This document shows, one piece after another, positions 61,347 through 64,000 of a stretch of DNA of 64,000 nt. The DNA is from Cyanophora paradoxa CCMP329. Its lineage: Eukaryota > Plantae > Glaucophyta. Position 1 is the first letter of the stretch, and each line of letters starts with the position of its first letter. A program made the position numbers and the translations under genes. The stretch lies in NCBI GenBank assembly GCA_004431415.1, contig QPMI01000692.1:64204-128203 (forward strand), in the 5' to 3' direction. The notes below the pieces were generated by a model. The model saw only the letters and a list, made by a program, of their open reading frames with translations. It did no database searches and had not been told where the DNA came from.

Positions 61347-61687
61347 TCACGGGCGCCGGAACTCCATCGAGTCGCCGCGCCAGTACTTGTTGCCGGAGGC
61401 GAGCAGCTTCATCGGCTCGCCCGTCGAATCGTGCTTCCAGGCCTCGCCGTCCCAGAGGGCCGTGCCGCCGTCCTCTAGCTTGAGGCGGTGGCCCGGCTCG
61501 AGCCGGTTGCCGTCGAGCATGCGGCCGGCCATGAGCGCCAGGTCCCACTCGGTGAGGTTGCGCTGCTCTGCGGGGGTGAGGCCGCGCTCGACGCGCTCGG
61601 GCTGGCGCGCCTCGCGCTCATGCGGCTGAGGCCCACCAGGAAGAAGATGGGCAGCGCAAAGGCCATGAGATCTAGCAGGGCCTCCAT
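61347..61687 (-). CDS. Small protein with N-terminal hydrophobic anchor (frameshifted)
   Basis: MEALLDLMAFALPIFFLVGL, then NLTEWDLALMAGR...ALWDGEAWKH in another frame. Confidence 0.4.
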
Positions 61688-62051
61688 TGAGGAGGGACTT
61701 AGAAAAGGTTCCGGACCAGGCCCGAGAGCTGCGGGCCCAGGCGCCGGGCGGCGTAGTAGAGCGCGGCCGCCGCCGCGCAAGGATCAGAAGGCGCGGCGGG
61801 CCGCGCGCCGGCTCCTCCAGGGTCAGGTCCACGGTCTCCGGCCCGCGCGCCGGAGCCGCCAGGATCTCGGGCTCGGAGCAGAGGGACTTGGGCCGCGGCG
61901 GCGGCGCTGCTTGGGCGCCGAGGCGGCGGCGGTGAGAAGGTCCTCAGGCTCCTGCTTGATACCTGCGCAATCGGTGAAGTCCATGCTTGCTGGGTACTTG
62001 GAAAATTGTGGGAGGCGTCCGGAGTGTGCGAACGTAGCTCCAATGGGATTT

Positions 62052-63130
62052 GCGTCATTTACGTCCGCGTCATTTACGTCACGGAGTTTGCCGGCGACTC
62101 GGGACTCGGGCCCAACTTCTCCGGTAAGTTCGAGACTTGAACTCGGCGGGGTACCCCCGGTGTCCTAGTGTCCTAGTGTCCTAGTGCTACTAGCTAGGTG
62201 GTATCGATATCTAGCTAGCTAGCGCTAGCGCTTGCTTAATTAATTAACCTGAAGGGTCGCGTCATTTACGTCAGCGTCATTTACGTCACGGAGTTTGCCG
62301 GCGACTCGGGACTCGGGCCCAACTTCTCCCGGTAAGTTCGAGACTTGAACTCGGCGGGGGTACCCCCCGGTGTCCTAGTGTCCTAGTGTCCTAGTGCTAC
62401 TAGCTAGGTGGTATCGATATCTAGCTAGCTAGCGCTAGCGCTTGCTTAATTAATTAACCTGAAGGGTCGCGTCATTTACGTCAGCGTCATTTACGTCACG
62501 GAGTTTGCCGGCGACTCGGGACTCGGGCCCAACTTCTCCCGGTAAGTTCGAGACTTGAACTCGGCGGGGGTACCCCCCGGTGTCCTAGTGTCCTAGTGTC
62601 CTAGTGCTACTAGCTAGGTGGTATCGATATCTAGCTAGCTAGCGCTAGCGCTTGCTTAATTAATTAACCTGAAGGGTCGCGTCATTTACGTCAGCGTCAT
62701 TTACGTCACGGAGTTTGCCGGCGACTCGGGACTCGGCCCAACTTCTCCCGGTAAGTTCGTCACGACCAGTAGCTACTAGTACCGCTAGTACTACGTAGTA
62801 CTACTTAGTACTACTTGGTATACTTAGTACTACTAGCTTAGTACTAGTAGCCACCGATACTGGTACAGCTTTTATAGATTTAAGCATTCATTCAATGTGA
62901 ATAACGATAATAGTAATAATAATAACGATAAGTAATAGGGATACCTATTTTCCAAGTCTCGAACTTACCGGGAGAAGTTGGGCCCGAGTCCCGAGTCGCC
63001 GGCAAACTCCGTGACGTAAATGACGCTGACGTAAATGACGCGACCCTTCGGTAACCTCCGCAACCTTCAGGTAAATGTCAGGTAACTTCAGTTGAGTTAA
63101 TTAAGCAAGCGCTAGCTAGCTAGATATCAC
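62052..63130. repeat. 210-bp tandem repeat (~3.4 copies) plus an inverted copy across an AT-rich core
   Basis: Units at ~62052, 62259, 62469 and 62679; inverted copy ~62953-63049; paired TTTACGTCA motifs in each unit. Confidence 0.92.
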
Positions 63131-63263
63131 AGCTCTACCTTGCCCAAGTTGATGGTATCTAGCAGGGCCTGCTCTCAAGTCTGCACCGCCGCCGCCGCCA
63201 GCGCTAGCGCTAGCTCGATACCGCCTCCGGCCTTGATCTCCCTTGGCTCCAGCACCTGAGGGC

Positions 63264-63539
63264 TCAGGCCACCTCCTCCTGGTGAAGCCGGTATCGTTGC
63301 TCTTGTCCAGCTTGAGGTAGCGTAGGCGCCGGCGCCGGCCAGTCCGGCCTGTGGCCGCTTGCTCCTTGGCTATGTCCTTGGGCTACGCGGTCGCAGGTCC
63401 GCTTGGCCTTCGCCCTCTGCAAGGGGCCCAGCGCCTTGAACTTCGGTGCCTTGGTCGCCGGCAGGGCCTTCGGCTGGGGCTTCACCGCCTTCGGCTGCTG
63501 AGGCTTAGCTGCTTCGATTTCGGCATACTTCTTGCTCAT
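63264..63539 (-). CDS. Small Lys/Pro/Ala-rich basic protein
   Basis: MSKKYAEIEAAKPQQPKAVKPQPK...; TTTTCT just upstream on the coding strand. Confidence 0.45.
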   Translation of the reverse strand: MSKKYAEIEAAKPQQPKAVKPQPKALPATKAPKFKALGPLQRAKAKRTCDRVAQGHSQGASGHRPDWPAPAPTLPQAGQEQRYRLHQEEVA

Positions 63540-64000
63540 AAATGAGAAAAGCGCCTCGAGTCGGCCTTTATCTCTCCTTGTCAGGATGTCACCTGATCCG
63601 GGTCACCTGAGAACGGCGCATCGAACGCCACGTGGAGCGATTTGCAGGCCTGAGCTATCATTGGCTCGGGCCAGGCCAGCTCGATCAGCTGAAGGTAGAT
63701 GTTCAGGGCCTTGTCGAGCTTGGCGCCCTGAGGACTAGCTGGGAGATAGCGGGCTCCATGGTACAGCAGAGCTTTAGAAAATGGCGCCAAGTCCAAGTCC
63801 TTTTTACGGGCGAGGCCTGGGCCGGGGGCCAGGGCCGAGTCCCAACTCCGTGACGTAAATGACTGAGTAAATGAGCGGACGTAAATGACGCCGAATTTTC
63901 AAGTTGCCCTCACCTGAAACTCAGCTGAGCGCTCACCTGACCCTCACCTGAACGGCCTCAAAACCGACGCCCGCCGCGCCTCTCCTCACACTTCAAAGCC

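Larger units (their letters stand above)
48200..64000. mobile_element. Second endogenous virus-like element (YqaJ + OBP-like helicase + small membrane ORFs); boundaries approximate, continues past the window end
   Basis: Intronless ORFs with viral replication/recombination domains, repeated hairpins and tandem arrays; no integrase or capsid recognised. Confidence 0.6.

Noticed and set aside
1-64000. Assigning the host species (intron style suggests a GC-rich alga such as a glaucophyte)
   Set aside because: No marker gene in the window; cannot be supported without a database search.

Overview
Eukaryotic (protist/algal) genomic DNA with three zones. (1) 1-~17.1 kb is the right part of an intronless, lower-GC endogenous Polinton/Maverick-like (PLV) element. 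It carries a broken protein-primed PolB-SF1 helicase-HNH polyprotein, an rve integrase with a premature stop, a DUF5710 protein, an intact prokaryotic-type S-adenosylmethionine decarboxylase, a D12/Dam-type adenine methyltransferase, a Zn-finger ORF and a repeat-rich putative terminus. A ~5.6 kb non-autonomous Helentron (Helitron2) multimer interrupts it. No capsid or packaging genes are visible in the window. (2) ~17.1-47.5 kb is very GC-rich host DNA with many short introns. It holds a CACTA MITE and genes for an F-box-like fragment, copine-UBA, a cNMP-domain protein, a cNMP-like + RWP-RK factor, a two-thioredoxin protein, an ACBP-domain protein, a degenerate CapA/PGA_cap homolog and a homeobox protein. 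(3) ~48.2-64 kb is a second, GC-rich intronless virus-like element. It has a YqaJ exonuclease, a herpes UL9/origin-binding-protein-like SF2 helicase bracketed by repeated AT-centred palindromes, a cluster of small membrane ORFs, and tandem/inverted 210-bp repeats around an AT-rich core. All family calls are motif recognition by eye, with no database search. Exon and element boundaries are approximate unless stated.
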